Source of the DNA: an uncultured virus (IMG/VR IMGVR_UViG_3300033067_001144)
Taxonomy: Duplodnaviria; Heunggongvirae; Uroviricota; Caudoviricetes
Strand: one strand, 5' to 3'
DNA: 64,000 nt
Virus record (IMG/VR): IMGVR_UViG_3300033067_001144
Shown here: in pieces, positions 27,439 through 38,060 of the stretch
How the letters are laid out: each line of letters begins with the position of its first letter
How positions within the stretch are numbered: the stretch's first letter is position 1
The notes under the pieces: generated by a model
Database searches by the model: none
Seen by the model: the letters and a program-made list of their open reading frames with translations, nothing else
What the model was told of the DNA's origin: nothing
Translations under genes and position numbers: made by a program

Positions 27439-28938
27439 ATGCCCGGTTCGATCCAATTCCAGTCCTTCGTTGAGCTCCTGCGCACGGCCGTGCAGGACCC
27501 TGCCTTCGTGCGCGCCAACACCCTGCTTCAGAACCCGTCGTTCATGGCCCAGCTTCAAGCTCGGCTCAACGCACTCGTGCCCGACATGAACGTCGTGCTC
27601 GACGTGGACGACGTGATCACTACCAGCGGCTCGATTGCGGCCGATCCTCTGCACAATCAGATCGTCTACACTCCCAACGGGTTCCAAGTCAAACTCAGCA
27701 ACACCGACGCGACGGTCTTTGAACCGGCCCGCTGCTGGGTTCGCATGGCGACAGATGGCTCTACCCCGGCCGACGGGGTTCGCTACGTCCTCGCAGATCG
27801 TACCAAGGGGGTGCTTCTCCTCGCAGAGGACATGACGGTCAAAACGCTGTTCCCGGGCTTCGGGCAGCAGGCTACGACTGGCTATGCGGACGCGGCTTCG
27901 GCCATCACGTTCACGGTCAGTACGACCGAATATCTAGCCATCGCGATGCCCGATCACGCCATCGTCCGCATCTATGACTACAGCTCCGGAGCTGTGGTCG
28001 CTACGATCGGTACGCTGGACACCACGGGTGCGACGGGGACGCTTCTCAATCGTCCGACGGACCTCGCGTGGGATTCGACTACTTCGAGGCTCTACATCTC
28101 GTGTACGGCAGGACAGCCCGCTGGAGCGACGCAGGCTTACGGGTTCATTACCCGTTTCAACCTGACGACTCCCGCGACTCCGACACTTGTCGACATCTAC
28201 ATGAAGTACACTGCAACGGGCTCCCTTTCCAACAAGGAAGTCAACGTCCCCGCAGGTATGTTCATCGATGCAGGCAAACTGTGGATCAGCAACGGGGCGA
28301 CAGCGGAAGTGGGGGCCATCGACCTGACCACGAACCTGTGCAGTTACTTTCTAGGTAGTGCCGCGCTTCCTGGATATCCCTTCGCGTCTTTGGGCTCAAT
28401 TCGAGTCAAGACGATTGGCTCGGTCAAGACGCTCGTTGTAGCCAACGGCGCTTACGGCAACGTGCTGATGATTGACTTGGCCACGAGTTCGCTCAAGTCG
28501 GTCATCTCGTTCACGGCTCAGACCTCGCATCTCGTTCAGTACGGGGAGTATGGTGCTGTGATTTTTGCCAGTCCCGATCGCCTCACGATCGACGGCATTG
28601 CGCAAGACATTCTGGTGACGGGAGATCCGACGAATCACCAAGTGCTCCGCGTGAACGAGCAAGTGTACGGCACTACGAGCGTATGCACCTTCGTGGAGAA
28701 GACGTTCACGGTCCCGATCCGTGCGCTTGGCTATGCGGTCACTGGAAACGTTCCGAGCGACGTAGTGCTGGTGGAGTACCGACTCTCTTCGACGGCCCCT
28801 TGGCACACGTTGAACCAAGTGACCAACATTCCTCCGTCTCTCACGCTGCAGGTTCGCATCACGGTTCAGCTCCCCATGGGCTACCCAATCGACGTGTGGG
28901 AGATTGAGAAACTGACGATTATCGGAGAACAGGCGTAA
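27439..28938 (+). CDS. Probable virion protein with beta-propeller (NHL-like) repeats
   Basis: LNRPTDLAWD...LYIS, VPAGMFID..KLWISN, DPTNHQVLR; structural-gene context. Confidence 0.6.
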   Translation: MPGSIQFQSFVELLRTAVQDPAFVRANTLLQNPSFMAQLQARLNALVPDMNVVLDVDDVITTSGSIAADPLHNQIVYTPNGFQVKLSNTDATVFEPARCWVRMATDGSTPADGVRYVLADRTKGVLLLAEDMTVKTLFPGFGQQATTGYADAASAITFTVSTTEYLAIAMPDHAIVRIYDYSSGAVVATIGTLDTTGATGTLLNRPTDLAWDSTTSRLYISCTAGQPAGATQAYGFITRFNLTTPATPTLVDIYMKYTATGSLSNKEVNVPAGMFIDAGKLWISNGATAEVGAIDLTTNLCSYFLGSAALPGYPFASLGSIRVKTIGSVKTLVVANGAYGNVLMIDLATSSLKSVISFTAQTSHLVQYGEYGAVIFASPDRLTIDGIAQDILVTGDPTNHQVLRVNEQVYGTTSVCTFVEKTFTVPIRALGYAVTGNVPSDVVLVEYRLSSTAPWHTLNQVTNIPPSLTLQVRITVQLPMGYPIDVWEIEKLTIIGEQA

Positions 28939-28945
28939 TCCTGCC

Positions 28946-29671
28946 ATGCCCACCCTCACGGTCGTGAACCAAACTACTCGACCTCTCGTGCTGGGTCGGG
29001 CCAACATCGCTCCGAGGGGGACGGTCCGATACGACACGACGCTGTTTCGTACGAGCCCTTCAGATGGAGGAACGATCCTTACCATGTTCCAGGCGGGAAC
29101 GGTCAAGGTGATGTATCAGGGGGTGTCTCTGACAGAGGTCAACCTGAGACGGTTCCTCGTTCTACCGGGCAACGATAACAGCGTCATCGCAGCTTCGGAG
29201 TGTCCTCCTAGCGAGCCCCTGGACTTCGACGTCTCGCAATACAAGGTATCTCTCGACGACCTCACCAACGTCGACTCCATCCCTCTTGTGTTGGGTATGG
29301 TGGTTCGCATCGCAGCGGATCAATCTATCGTAGCTGCCGTCGCTGACACCTTGTCGAACCTTCGTCCTGCACTGGGTATTGTGGAGAGTATCTCCATTGC
29401 GCCAAGCGGAGAAGGCAAGGCCCAATTGTCAGGGGCCTTCGCGGACGCTCGCTTCGTCCCTGGTCTCACTCTCACGTCTGGGGATCAGGTGTACGTGAGC
29501 GCAAGCCCATCGTCTGCCGGAATCCTTACCAACGTTCCTCCCTCTGCCCCTGGCAACGTCATTCAAGAAGTGGGTACCGTGTTGGACGCCTCAGGGTACA
29601 ACCCTGTAGCACCAACCCCTAAAGCTCGAATCAACGTTCGAGTCCAAGACCCCCTTGTCTACTATCCATAG
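28946..29671 (+). CDS. Probable virion decoration/fibre protein
   Basis: N-module like that of 21514; C-module like the C-terminus of 30126. Confidence 0.6.
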   Translation: MPTLTVVNQTTRPLVLGRANIAPRGTVRYDTTLFRTSPSDGGTILTMFQAGTVKVMYQGVSLTEVNLRRFLVLPGNDNSVIAASECPPSEPLDFDVSQYKVSLDDLTNVDSIPLVLGMVVRIAADQSIVAAVADTLSNLRPALGIVESISIAPSGEGKAQLSGAFADARFVPGLTLTSGDQVYVSASPSSAGILTNVPPSAPGNVIQEVGTVLDASGYNPVAPTPKARINVRVQDPLVYYP

Positions 29672-29680
29672 GAGCCTCTC

Positions 29681-30025
29681 ATGAGCAAGAAAGTATCCCT
29701 CGACAACCCGGCTTCGATCAACGCTCGCATTGCTGAGCTCACCTCTATTCGAGATGAGGCGCAGAGGAAGCAGAAGGAGATCGAAGAGGGGCTTCGTGGC
29801 TTCATCAAGAAGGTCGAAGCGAAAGCCAACGAGCAAGTCTCGAAGAAGCAGAGGGAAGTTCAGGAACGTTTGATTGAGCTGAACACGACGGCTGTTGAAG
29901 CCAACGGATCGATCAAGATGCTCGAGACTCACCTCCAGGAGCTTGAGGCGGATAACCCTGACAACACGGTTCTTCCGCGAACGGCTTTGAGTCCGGAGAA
30001 GCAAATCAGCTTCGACGTCGAGTGA
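29681..30025 (+). CDS. Coiled-coil hypothetical protein (possible fibre chaperone)
   Basis: Heptad-like, charged; AGGAG RBS. Confidence 0.6.
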   Translation: MSKKVSLDNPASINARIAELTSIRDEAQRKQKEIEEGLRGFIKKVEAKANEQVSKKQREVQERLIELNTTAVEANGSIKMLETHLQELEADNPDNTVLPRTALSPEKQISFDVE

Positions 30026-30034
30026 CCGTATTTC

Positions 30035-30072
30035 GGTGGGGGTGCGGCTCTTCGCGAGCTGTGCCACCCACC
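30035..30072 (+). terminator. GC-rich hairpin, possible terminator or processing site
   Basis: GGTGGGGGTGCGGCTC-TTCGC-GAGCTGTGCCACCCACC; weak T tail. Confidence 0.5.
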
Positions 30073-30125
30073 ATTGTCGTTTCTACCGTCTCTCCGACCC
30101 CGTTGCACGTTTCTAGGAGTCCCTT

Positions 30126-33100
30126 ATGTCCACTTTTGCGGGTGGTTCGGTTGGCGGTGGAGCGCAGGCTGGTAAGGCCCTTGTCTACTGGGATGCGACC
30201 CTCCAAGCTCGTATCACGATCGATCAGTCTACCGCTCCGGTTCAGATTCAGCAGCTCAAGCTCGCTTCCGTCTTCAACAAGTCCACTGGTCTGACCCTTA
30301 CTGGGGACGAGGCGGAAACCACTGCTGCGAACCGTCGCACGCGCATTGTGGTTCAGGGCAACGTCCAGAACTACGGTCTGAGCACGGAAGCTACCGCGCT
30401 GTTCACGGTCAAGCTGGACACGGATCGCTACCTTTTCTCGGTGTTGAGTACCGGATCTCAGGTCTCCAACGGGGAGAGCTTCCTCACTGCGACTCCCGCT
30501 ACTCGTACGATTGGCACCCCCGCCTCCAACGCTGTCATCTACACGGCTGTTCAGGGAGGGAAGACCGGAAACAACATCTCTGTTGAGCAGCTTGCCAACG
30601 GAGGTCTCGGGGCTGGCACTGCTCAATCCAGCATCGTCGTCACGGACCCGATCACTAACACGGTGACGGTGACGGTTGAGCACAACGCAGCCACGTCAAG
30701 CACCGTAGCCTCCGCGGTCAACAGCAACCCCGCTGTTGCCAAGTTCGTCACCGCCTCCGTCAGTGGCACCGGCACAGCTACCACCGGCACCTTGTCGACT
30801 CTCTCGGGTGGCCAGCTCGACGTACTCATCTCCGGCAACCTGACGATTCAGGGCCAGACGACTACTGTCAGCACGTCGCACTTGGTCATTACCGATCCCA
30901 TCATCTTCCTGAACAAGGATGCCGTTTCCGCTACAACCTCGGGAGGTACAGCCTTTTCTCGCGGTGGCGGTGGGAACTACGATGCGCTGTGGTTCTGGAA
31001 CGAGACGGACGATCGTTTTGAGGTAGGGTACGCGAACACCTCGGGTGGGACGATCAATCCTACCTCCCTGCTGAGCTTTCAGCCCCTCAAGTCTGCGTGG
31101 TCGATCTTCCCTGACAACGCGGGCAACCCAGCGAACCTTGCTGGCCATGGCCAGATTTTCTCGAAGACGCAAACCGGCATCGTAGAGCTGTTCTACAAGG
31201 ACGGTTCGAACAACGTCGTTCAGATCACCAGCGGTGGCACGGTCAACGGGGGTTCCAACAGCACGGGGACGACCAACCTTAGCTTCACCATCAACAGCGA
31301 TGGTGTTGCCGGTACGAGCGAGCAGGCGTACTTGGAGCTACTGTCCGGTAACGGTACCTCCAACCTCTACACGGGTACACTTCGGCAGCAGAGCTCGGGT
31401 ACGTACGCGGGTGCTCTCGCAGCGTTCACACGCATCAACACCTCTCCTGCCGACGGCTGGCTCGGTGTCGGTGAGCCTCTCGCTTCTGGGAACAACCGAG
31501 CTGCCAACCTCTCGTTGTTTGGCACCAACGGCTCTGCGACGCTGTTCGAGGCTCGTTTCTCCTACGCGCCTGGCACCGATTCGAGCACTGTGTACCTCGG
31601 TAACTCTGGGGACGCGACCAGCCTTGCGCTGCGTAACAACCTCCGCTTCACGAACCTGAGCAACGGCAACCACAACATCAACCCGCTGCAGGCCTCGGGT
31701 GTTGCTGGGTCAGCCGCGGGTGGAGACTCCCTCACAGTTCTCGGTGGTCGGGGTCAGCCTCGCACGAACGCGGGTGGTGCGGGTGGTACGGGTGGTGCTC
31801 TCTACGTCGGAGGTGCTGACGGTGGTTTGGGCACTGGTGGAGCCAACGGCGGCAACGGTGGTAACCTGGAACTGTTCGGCGGTAACGCAGGTACAGGAAC
31901 CGCGACGACCAACGGTACCCCCGGCAACGTCCTGATCTACGGTGGCGGAAACGGCCCCGGCAGTACGTTTGGCAACGTTGGCATCGGTACGTCGAACACC
32001 ACGACGATCACGCTTGGAGCCTCTGGTAACAGCGTGATCGTTGACTCTGCTGTGTCGCAGTTCCAAGCCCCGATGATTCGGATGCCCGAGCGTGCTTCCG
32101 ATCCTTCGAACGTCGCGGATACTGGTTTCGTCTACACCAAAGACGCAACGGGCAACACCGAGCTCTACTACCGTGACTCAACCGGCAACGTGGTTCAGAT
32201 CACGGCTGGTGGCTCCGTCAACGGTGGTGGCGGAACGAGCACGGGTACGTCGAGTCTCACGTACGAAATCAACAACGACGCTAGCTCCGGGGTCACGGAG
32301 AACCCTGCTCTCATCATGTCGGGAGGAAACGGGTCGCTCGTTCGTCACACCCGTTTCGGAATGGTTTCTGGTGTTCCGACGGTCTGGAGAGTGGACAACT
32401 CGACGATCGTCAACAGCGCGCTGTACGTCGGGGCCTCTGCTTCAGCCGTAAACAACCTTACCTCCAACCTTTCGTTGGTCGGTACGAACGGTTCTGCTAC
32501 TGACTTCACTGCGACGTTCTCGTGGACTCCGACCACGACGACTCGCTTGGTCATGGCGGGAGACTTGACCGGGTTCACTGGTAACTCAACGGCCGCGCTG
32601 ACTCTTGCTACGCAGAGCAACCAGAACATCGTGCTGTCTCCCAACGGCACGGGCCAGGTTCAGACCTCGACCGATACTGTTTCGGGCACGAACGGTTCTG
32701 GTCTGACTCTCACCACGACCACCGGAGCTCTGACTCTTACTTCGGTCAGCAACACGAACGTGGTCGTTCCGGCCTCTGGTACTGGCTCGCTTCTGGTGAG
32801 TCGTAACCTCGTGTTCGGCACCGATGCGACGTACAAGATTGGCACGTCTAGCTCCGCTGGCCGCCCGCAAGAGGTGCACGTTTCTGACGTCATCACCTTG
32901 GGTAACTCGGTTCTCTCGCTCTCTATCCTGTCCGGGAACCTAGTAGCGACGAGCTCCGGTGCCATGAGTTTCACGACCGCTACCAACCAGAACCTGAACC
33001 TGACAGCTCAGGGTACTGGTAACGTGGTGGTCTCTGCTCCCGTGCTCCGTCCTTCGGTGGATAACACTACTGCTCTCGGCAGTGCCTCTGTCCAGTACAC

Positions 33101-33686
33101 GAATCTGTTCCTGACGGGTTCGACTCGCTACCGCGAAACGACTGATCCCACGGCTGTCGCTGACACCGGCTTCGTATACACGAAGGACGTGTCTAGCAAC
33201 ACCGAGCTGATCTACCGAGACAGCTCGGGTAACGTGGTTCAGATCACCTCAGGCGGAACTCTCAACGTTGCGGCCACAACCCCTACAAAGGTTGCGATCT
33301 CTACGCTGACGAATGCTTCTGGGGGAGCCATTACGCAAGGGACTGCTGTCTACATCAACGGCAGCAACACGTTCAGCAATGCTCAAGCCAACGCGGCAGG
33401 AACCAGCACGGTTCTTGGGATTGTCTCAGCCGCAAGCATTGCCAATAGCGCAACGGGAGAGATCACAGTTCACGGTATTGTGACCGTACCGACGGGCAAA
33501 CAGACGGGTACTTGGACCGCCAACGACATTATCTACCTCGATCCTGCGGCTGCGGGCAAACTGACGAACGTGGCTCCTAATACGACGGGCCAGTACGCGG
33601 TGGAAGTTGGCATCTCACTGAACACCCCTGCTGGTGGCAACGCAACCCTTTTGATCCGTCAGCAGAACAAGGTTCTCGTCGGCTAA
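30126..33686 (+). CDS. Long tail fibre-like protein with three internal repeats
   Basis: Gly/Thr/Ser/Asn-rich; three copies of a ~45-aa DP..VADTGFVYTKD...ELYYRDS.GNVVQIT.GG module; GNLTIQGQTTTV...DPIIFLN motif. Confidence 0.8.
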   Translation: MSTFAGGSVGGGAQAGKALVYWDATLQARITIDQSTAPVQIQQLKLASVFNKSTGLTLTGDEAETTAANRRTRIVVQGNVQNYGLSTEATALFTVKLDTDRYLFSVLSTGSQVSNGESFLTATPATRTIGTPASNAVIYTAVQGGKTGNNISVEQLANGGLGAGTAQSSIVVTDPITNTVTVTVEHNAATSSTVASAVNSNPAVAKFVTASVSGTGTATTGTLSTLSGGQLDVLISGNLTIQGQTTTVSTSHLVITDPIIFLNKDAVSATTSGGTAFSRGGGGNYDALWFWNETDDRFEVGYANTSGGTINPTSLLSFQPLKSAWSIFPDNAGNPANLAGHGQIFSKTQTGIVELFYKDGSNNVVQITSGGTVNGGSNSTGTTNLSFTINSDGVAGTSEQAYLELLSGNGTSNLYTGTLRQQSSGTYAGALAAFTRINTSPADGWLGVGEPLASGNNRAANLSLFGTNGSATLFEARFSYAPGTDSSTVYLGNSGDATSLALRNNLRFTNLSNGNHNINPLQASGVAGSAAGGDSLTVLGGRGQPRTNAGGAGGTGGALYVGGADGGLGTGGANGGNGGNLELFGGNAGTGTATTNGTPGNVLIYGGGNGPGSTFGNVGIGTSNTTTITLGASGNSVIVDSAVSQFQAPMIRMPERASDPSNVADTGFVYTKDATGNTELYYRDSTGNVVQITAGGSVNGGGGTSTGTSSLTYEINNDASSGVTENPALIMSGGNGSLVRHTRFGMVSGVPTVWRVDNSTIVNSALYVGASASAVNNLTSNLSLVGTNGSATDFTATFSWTPTTTTRLVMAGDLTGFTGNSTAALTLATQSNQNIVLSPNGTGQVQTSTDTVSGTNGSGLTLTTTTGALTLTSVSNTNVVVPASGTGSLLVSRNLVFGTDATYKIGTSSSAGRPQEVHVSDVITLGNSVLSLSILSGNLVATSSGAMSFTTATNQNLNLTAQGTGNVVVSAPVLRPSVDNTTALGSASVQYTNLFLTGSTRYRETTDPTAVADTGFVYTKDVSSNTELIYRDSSGNVVQITSGGTLNVAATTPTKVAISTLTNASGGAITQGTAVYINGSNTFSNAQANAAGTSTVLGIVSAASIANSATGEITVHGIVTVPTGKQTGTWTANDIIYLDPAAAGKLTNVAPNTTGQYAVEVGISLNTPAGGNATLLIRQQNKVLVG

Positions 33687-33710
33687 TGAACCCCACGCGG
33701 AGTATCCACG

Positions 33711-34418
33711 ATGGCTGACTATCGGGCTCTCGTCCGCAACGGGGCAGTCAATCAGGTTCAAGCCGACGCAGACTCGGTGATTGTCGGTGCTGGGATCAAA
33801 ACCAGCACCGGCAACCTGACGATTACCCCTTCGGGGACCAACATCATCATCCCCGCCTCCAAGTTGCTGACTACCTCAGGGTCAGGCAACATCAACCTCC
33901 CCAACAACGGCTCTGCCCGTTTTCAGATTGAGACCACGGCCGTCAGCGCGAACGTCACGGCAGCTAATCTCGGGACGCTTACTGCAGGGCCCGCGAGCAA
34001 CGCAGATGCGCTGCACACGCACAACATTTCGGGCAGCGGACCCAAGATCTGCATGCTCCTCTCGGGGTTCAAGCAGACGTTGGCCAGTAACACCGGCTAC
34101 GCGATTATGGGCGGTAACGTCTACGTCAGTTCGGAACACGCGGGTACCACTGTTAAGCTTAGGGTTGTTGGCTTCTCTAAGGACGGCTCGACGGCCGTTC
34201 GTTGCCAGCTCTACAACCTGACGACGGGGGCCTACGTGACGGCTCTTGGAGCCGGACCTGTGGACTACATCACGATCACCTCCGCAAACGGTGAGCTGGT
34301 TGAGAGTCTCGACATTCTTGCGAACTTGTCGAACAACAACCTCTACCAATTCCGCGTTACCCCCACGAGCTCTGCGACTCGAGGCGGTATCTACTACGCA
34401 GCACTAATCGGAGCGTAG
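33711..34418 (+). CDS. Probable fibre-associated virion protein
   Basis: LTAGPASNADALHTH motif; C-module like the C-terminus of 21514. Confidence 0.65.
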   Translation: MADYRALVRNGAVNQVQADADSVIVGAGIKTSTGNLTITPSGTNIIIPASKLLTTSGSGNINLPNNGSARFQIETTAVSANVTAANLGTLTAGPASNADALHTHNISGSGPKICMLLSGFKQTLASNTGYAIMGGNVYVSSEHAGTTVKLRVVGFSKDGSTAVRCQLYNLTTGAYVTALGAGPVDYITITSANGELVESLDILANLSNNNLYQFRVTPTSSATRGGIYYAALIGA

Positions 34419-34421
34419 CCT

Positions 34422-35525
34422 ATGTTTCGTCACGTCGTAACGTCGGGCACGTACACAGGCAACGCATTCAACCTTCTGGCCAAGCCCCGCGAAATCTTCT
34501 GGGTCTGGCTTTGGTTGCTGCCTAATAGCTCGTGGCAGATCAAGCAGAGTGGTGATGGGGGTTCGCTCTACAGCAGCTCCGGTAACGTGTTCACGAACAT
34601 CTCGTTCAACCAGGACGATGGTGGCGGAAACCAGACGAACACGAACTCCCCAGCCATCGCGGGGTCGCTCTGTAACTACAACGCGTACTACGTTTTCAGC
34701 GACCCTTTGGGCTACGGACAGTGGTGCGTTCAGATCGGTTACTTGAACGACACGGCGATCTACTGCAACCCCCGCATTCGCTATTCGCGAGGTGGGTTCG
34801 CGAACGGGACGGCTACCGTAGCTCCTTCTCCGATCACTGCAGGGGATGAGATTCTGCTGTACGGGGCTGGTACGAACTCGGCCCCGGACCAGACGTCGAC
34901 GTACGCAATCTACACTGGCTACACCAACATGGGGATCGACAACACTGCTTCGCGTCCCCGTGCATGGCTAGAGACTCATCAGGTAGGCGGCCCTTATGGG
35001 GGTCAGTGGTTGTTCTTCGTCGATCCTGTGAAGTTCCTTGTGCAGGAGGACACCAATCCGATCGTTACGGGAGTTGTATCTCCGCTTCCGTCTGAAACGT
35101 ACCTGGGATTCACTTCCATGGACATCAACCCGCTGGCCAAGGCAAACGGCAACACGACGATCGCTTCTTCGTTCGGTTCCAATCTCCCCTCACGAGTGGC
35201 AGGCTCGACGTGGCTTACGTCGGGCGGAGGGTTCCTCCAGCGTAACCTTCTCGATGCTTCCCTATCTCTGGGAGACAACTCTGTATCGCTTACGGAAGAC
35301 CCGATTCCTCTTGAGTGGGACTGCCCCTCGGTCATGTCCCAGCACTACGGAGGCGGTCAGAAGGGCCAAAGCGACATGCTTCAGTGGTGTACGTCGCAAT
35401 CGACTCGTGACCAACTCAAGACGTGTTCGCAGGGGTCTGACACGTTTGTCCTCATGGGTCAGGTGTGGGTTCCGTTCAACAACGGTGCTTCTCCTGGTGT
35501 AAACGGGTCTCCCTTCACACTGTGA
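34422..35525 (+). CDS. Probable virion protein (paralog of the next gene)
   Basis: Shares SGDGGS, NSP.IA.S..N, RI.[YF]S.GGF, SP...GDE.L.G.GT.S.P with 35533. Confidence 0.65.
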   Translation: MFRHVVTSGTYTGNAFNLLAKPREIFWVWLWLLPNSSWQIKQSGDGGSLYSSSGNVFTNISFNQDDGGGNQTNTNSPAIAGSLCNYNAYYVFSDPLGYGQWCVQIGYLNDTAIYCNPRIRYSRGGFANGTATVAPSPITAGDEILLYGAGTNSAPDQTSTYAIYTGYTNMGIDNTASRPRAWLETHQVGGPYGGQWLFFVDPVKFLVQEDTNPIVTGVVSPLPSETYLGFTSMDINPLAKANGNTTIASSFGSNLPSRVAGSTWLTSGGGFLQRNLLDASLSLGDNSVSLTEDPIPLEWDCPSVMSQHYGGGQKGQSDMLQWCTSQSTRDQLKTCSQGSDTFVLMGQVWVPFNNGASPGVNGSPFTL

Positions 35526-35532
35526 GGTCTGA

Positions 35533-36621
35533 ATGACGCTATGGCACGAATCGAACCTCAGCGCATCCGTTTACTACAACGGTGTCGCTGTCAACGTCTC
35601 TTGCGAGATGGCTGAGGTTCCGCTGCTTTTGGCCAGCACTGCGCTTTCCGCCGGCTGGACTTGCGGTCGCTCTGGGGACGGAGGGTCTATCAGTGCGACC
35701 TCGTACGTCTTCAATACCTCCGCCTCTAGGTCGTACAACGGAACCTTCAATGCGTACGGGGACCGCAACTCCCCCAACTCCCCGACCATCGCACGAAGCT
35801 TCTACAACCTTCTGTGTCATTTCTCCCTGATCCCCCCGAACGGGGATGGGGAGCTCACGATTCAGACGGTAGACATCGGAGACGGCTACATCGGTTTGAG
35901 AATCAAGTTCTCCTCTGGTGGATTCACGGGTTCCAACCCGACGCAACAGCCTTCTCCGGCCACAGGCGGGGACGAGCTTGTCTTGTTCGGTGGGGGTACG
36001 GATTCGTCCCCCACGGCTGAGTACGTCTACATGAATCCTAGAGGTGCATACCGTCTAGTGATTGGTGTTGACGACAGCAGCACAACCCCGATGCTGTATA
36101 TGTTCGTTTGGAACTCTACCGGGATCATCTTCTCGCTGATCTGGGCGACAATCACTGGTCGCGTAGCCAGCGGGGACGTGAAAGCCAGCATGGTGTACGT
36201 AGACGATGGCCCTCCGATCTACACCATGCTAGGCAATGACTCAGCCCTAGGCTCGAACGGGTACGGGGTCGCGACCCGTTTTGGTAGTTCAGGGACTCAG
36301 AAAATGTCCGCTGCTTACCCCGTTATCGGCGCTGGGGCTGTCCCTCTGATTCGAGCGCTCGGCAAGCAGTTCCCTTCTGGGGGTCACTATCGGCATAGGA
36401 ATCCGATTCTCGTGCTGAGAAACCCTCTGCTGCTTCCGCAAAGAGGCCTCAAAGGGAAGATGGAGAACACGTCGTGGTGTCTCTATGACGTCCCTACATT
36501 TCAGATTCTCGACAACGGGCTTACACGAACGCGTGGGGCCTTCGTTGTTGTGGGGGATCTCGTGCTCCCGTTCAACCAATTCGGAACGCACGGAGCCAAC
36601 GGCTCGTTCCCTCGGCGCTAA
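35533..36621 (+). CDS. Probable virion protein (paralog of the previous gene)
   Basis: Shares the motifs listed for 34422. Confidence 0.65.
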   Translation: MTLWHESNLSASVYYNGVAVNVSCEMAEVPLLLASTALSAGWTCGRSGDGGSISATSYVFNTSASRSYNGTFNAYGDRNSPNSPTIARSFYNLLCHFSLIPPNGDGELTIQTVDIGDGYIGLRIKFSSGGFTGSNPTQQPSPATGGDELVLFGGGTDSSPTAEYVYMNPRGAYRLVIGVDDSSTTPMLYMFVWNSTGIIFSLIWATITGRVASGDVKASMVYVDDGPPIYTMLGNDSALGSNGYGVATRFGSSGTQKMSAAYPVIGAGAVPLIRALGKQFPSGGHYRHRNPILVLRNPLLLPQRGLKGKMENTSWCLYDVPTFQILDNGLTRTRGAFVVVGDLVLPFNQFGTHGANGSFPRR

Positions 36622-36633
36622 AAGGAGTTTCCT

Positions 36634-36822
36634 ATGCCCCCTGACTACACCGTAGGAGATCGTACCCTGGCCTTCCCTTCTCAGCCTCCTGAAGGTACAG
36701 ACTACGACGACTTTACTCTCGGTACGGAAGTGATCTACACGGCCCGTTCTGGAGGCACACAGCAATACGCTGACAACACGATTCCTTCGGGCACTGATCC
36801 GGCCTACTTCGTGAACGGGTAG
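36634..36822 (+). CDS. Small hypothetical protein
   Basis: AAGGAG RBS; TARSGG.QQY also occurs in 38061. Confidence 0.6.
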   Translation: MPPDYTVGDRTLAFPSQPPEGTDYDDFTLGTEVIYTARSGGTQQYADNTIPSGTDPAYFVNG

Positions 36823-36825
36823 TCC

Positions 36826-37251
36826 ATGACGATCTCGTACACCACGAGCACGCTAAACGCGATGCTTTCGGGATCGGGTCTCAACGCGACGATTGGAGCT
36901 GCTGCCATTCTCCGCATCTACGCAGGTACGATTCCTGCCGACGCGAATGCCGCATTGGGCAGTCCAACGACCTTGGTTGATGTGACGCTGGCCTCTCCGC
37001 TTGCATTCAACTCTGCCTCTGGCGGAACGATGAGTCTGATTCAGGTACCTGCGGTAACAGTGGCTACGACTGGAACCCCGTCGTTCTTTCGCATCCTGCA
37101 GAGCGGAGGCTCCGTCACAGTCGTGCAAGGCACGGCTGGGCCTGAAGGCACTCCTGTTACGTACGACCTTCCGCTCCCCATCCTTTCCACAGGCTCCCAA
37201 CTCATTTCTGGCATCGCCCTACAACTCGGCTCGCTGACGCTGGGGTTCTAG
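36826..37251 (+). CDS. Probable virion protein
   Basis: LRIYAGTIPADA...TGTPSFFRI...VQGT pattern typical of small phage structural proteins. Confidence 0.65.
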   Translation: MTISYTTSTLNAMLSGSGLNATIGAAAILRIYAGTIPADANAALGSPTTLVDVTLASPLAFNSASGGTMSLIQVPAVTVATTGTPSFFRILQSGGSVTVVQGTAGPEGTPVTYDLPLPILSTGSQLISGIALQLGSLTLGF

Positions 37252-37253
37252 TC

Positions 37254-38057
37254 ATGGCCATTACGTCCCTCGATACGTACATCGCAGCCGCGAAGCAGAA
37301 GGCCCGATTCCTCAAAACGACTGCGGCTACTACGATTGCTGGCATTCCTTGGTCCCTGTGGGCTACCGCTGGCAGCCCTGGTGCTGGTAGCTTTGCGATT
37401 GGTAACACGACAACGGGAGTAGTTCCGACGAGTGCGACAACGGGAGCCATCGCACTGAACGCCTTTGGTGGAGGCAACACGGGGTATCTCTCCGGAATTG
37501 ATTTCGGCTGTACGGTAGCCAGCCGTCTGTGGATCACCGATCGACTGTGGCATGCTGGGTCGATTCTTACCACGAGCGCCGCAACAACCAGCTTTAGCTC
37601 TCAGCCCAGCTACGTCGGTCGGCTTCCTGGCTCAAGCTACGTTGGTCTGGACATCTTCTTGGAGGTCACAACGGCCATCTCCAACACAGCCATCACCATC
37701 GCAGTCACCTATACGAACCAGGCTGGGACGGGTTCTCGAAGCACCGGCAACATCTCGGTTCAGAACTTCACTGCCGGACGTCTCGTAGCTATGCCTCTTC
37801 AAGCGGGGGACACGGGAGTTCAAAAGATAGACTCTGTGATCGTGAACAACGCTACTGCCGCAGGGGCCATCAACGTTCTTGTGACTCGCCCTCTGTGGTC
37901 TGGTCGAGTGATGGCTGCCAACGCGGGGGATACGCATGGACTCGACCGAGTGGGTTTGCCGATCGTCTACGATACGAGCTGCATCTTTCCCATGGTCGCG
38001 GGGGACAGCACGAGCTCGGGTATCCCGGACATGCTGATCGAAATCGCGAACGGATAA
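37254..38057 (+). CDS. Probable virion protein
   Basis: DRLWH, VTYTNQAGT, PLQAGDTGV motifs seen in phage structural proteins. Confidence 0.65.
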   Translation: MAITSLDTYIAAAKQKARFLKTTAATTIAGIPWSLWATAGSPGAGSFAIGNTTTGVVPTSATTGAIALNAFGGGNTGYLSGIDFGCTVASRLWITDRLWHAGSILTTSAATTSFSSQPSYVGRLPGSSYVGLDIFLEVTTAISNTAITIAVTYTNQAGTGSRSTGNISVQNFTAGRLVAMPLQAGDTGVQKIDSVIVNNATAAGAINVLVTRPLWSGRVMAANAGDTHGLDRVGLPIVYDTSCIFPMVAGDSTSSGIPDMLIEIANG

Positions 38058-38060
38058 GCC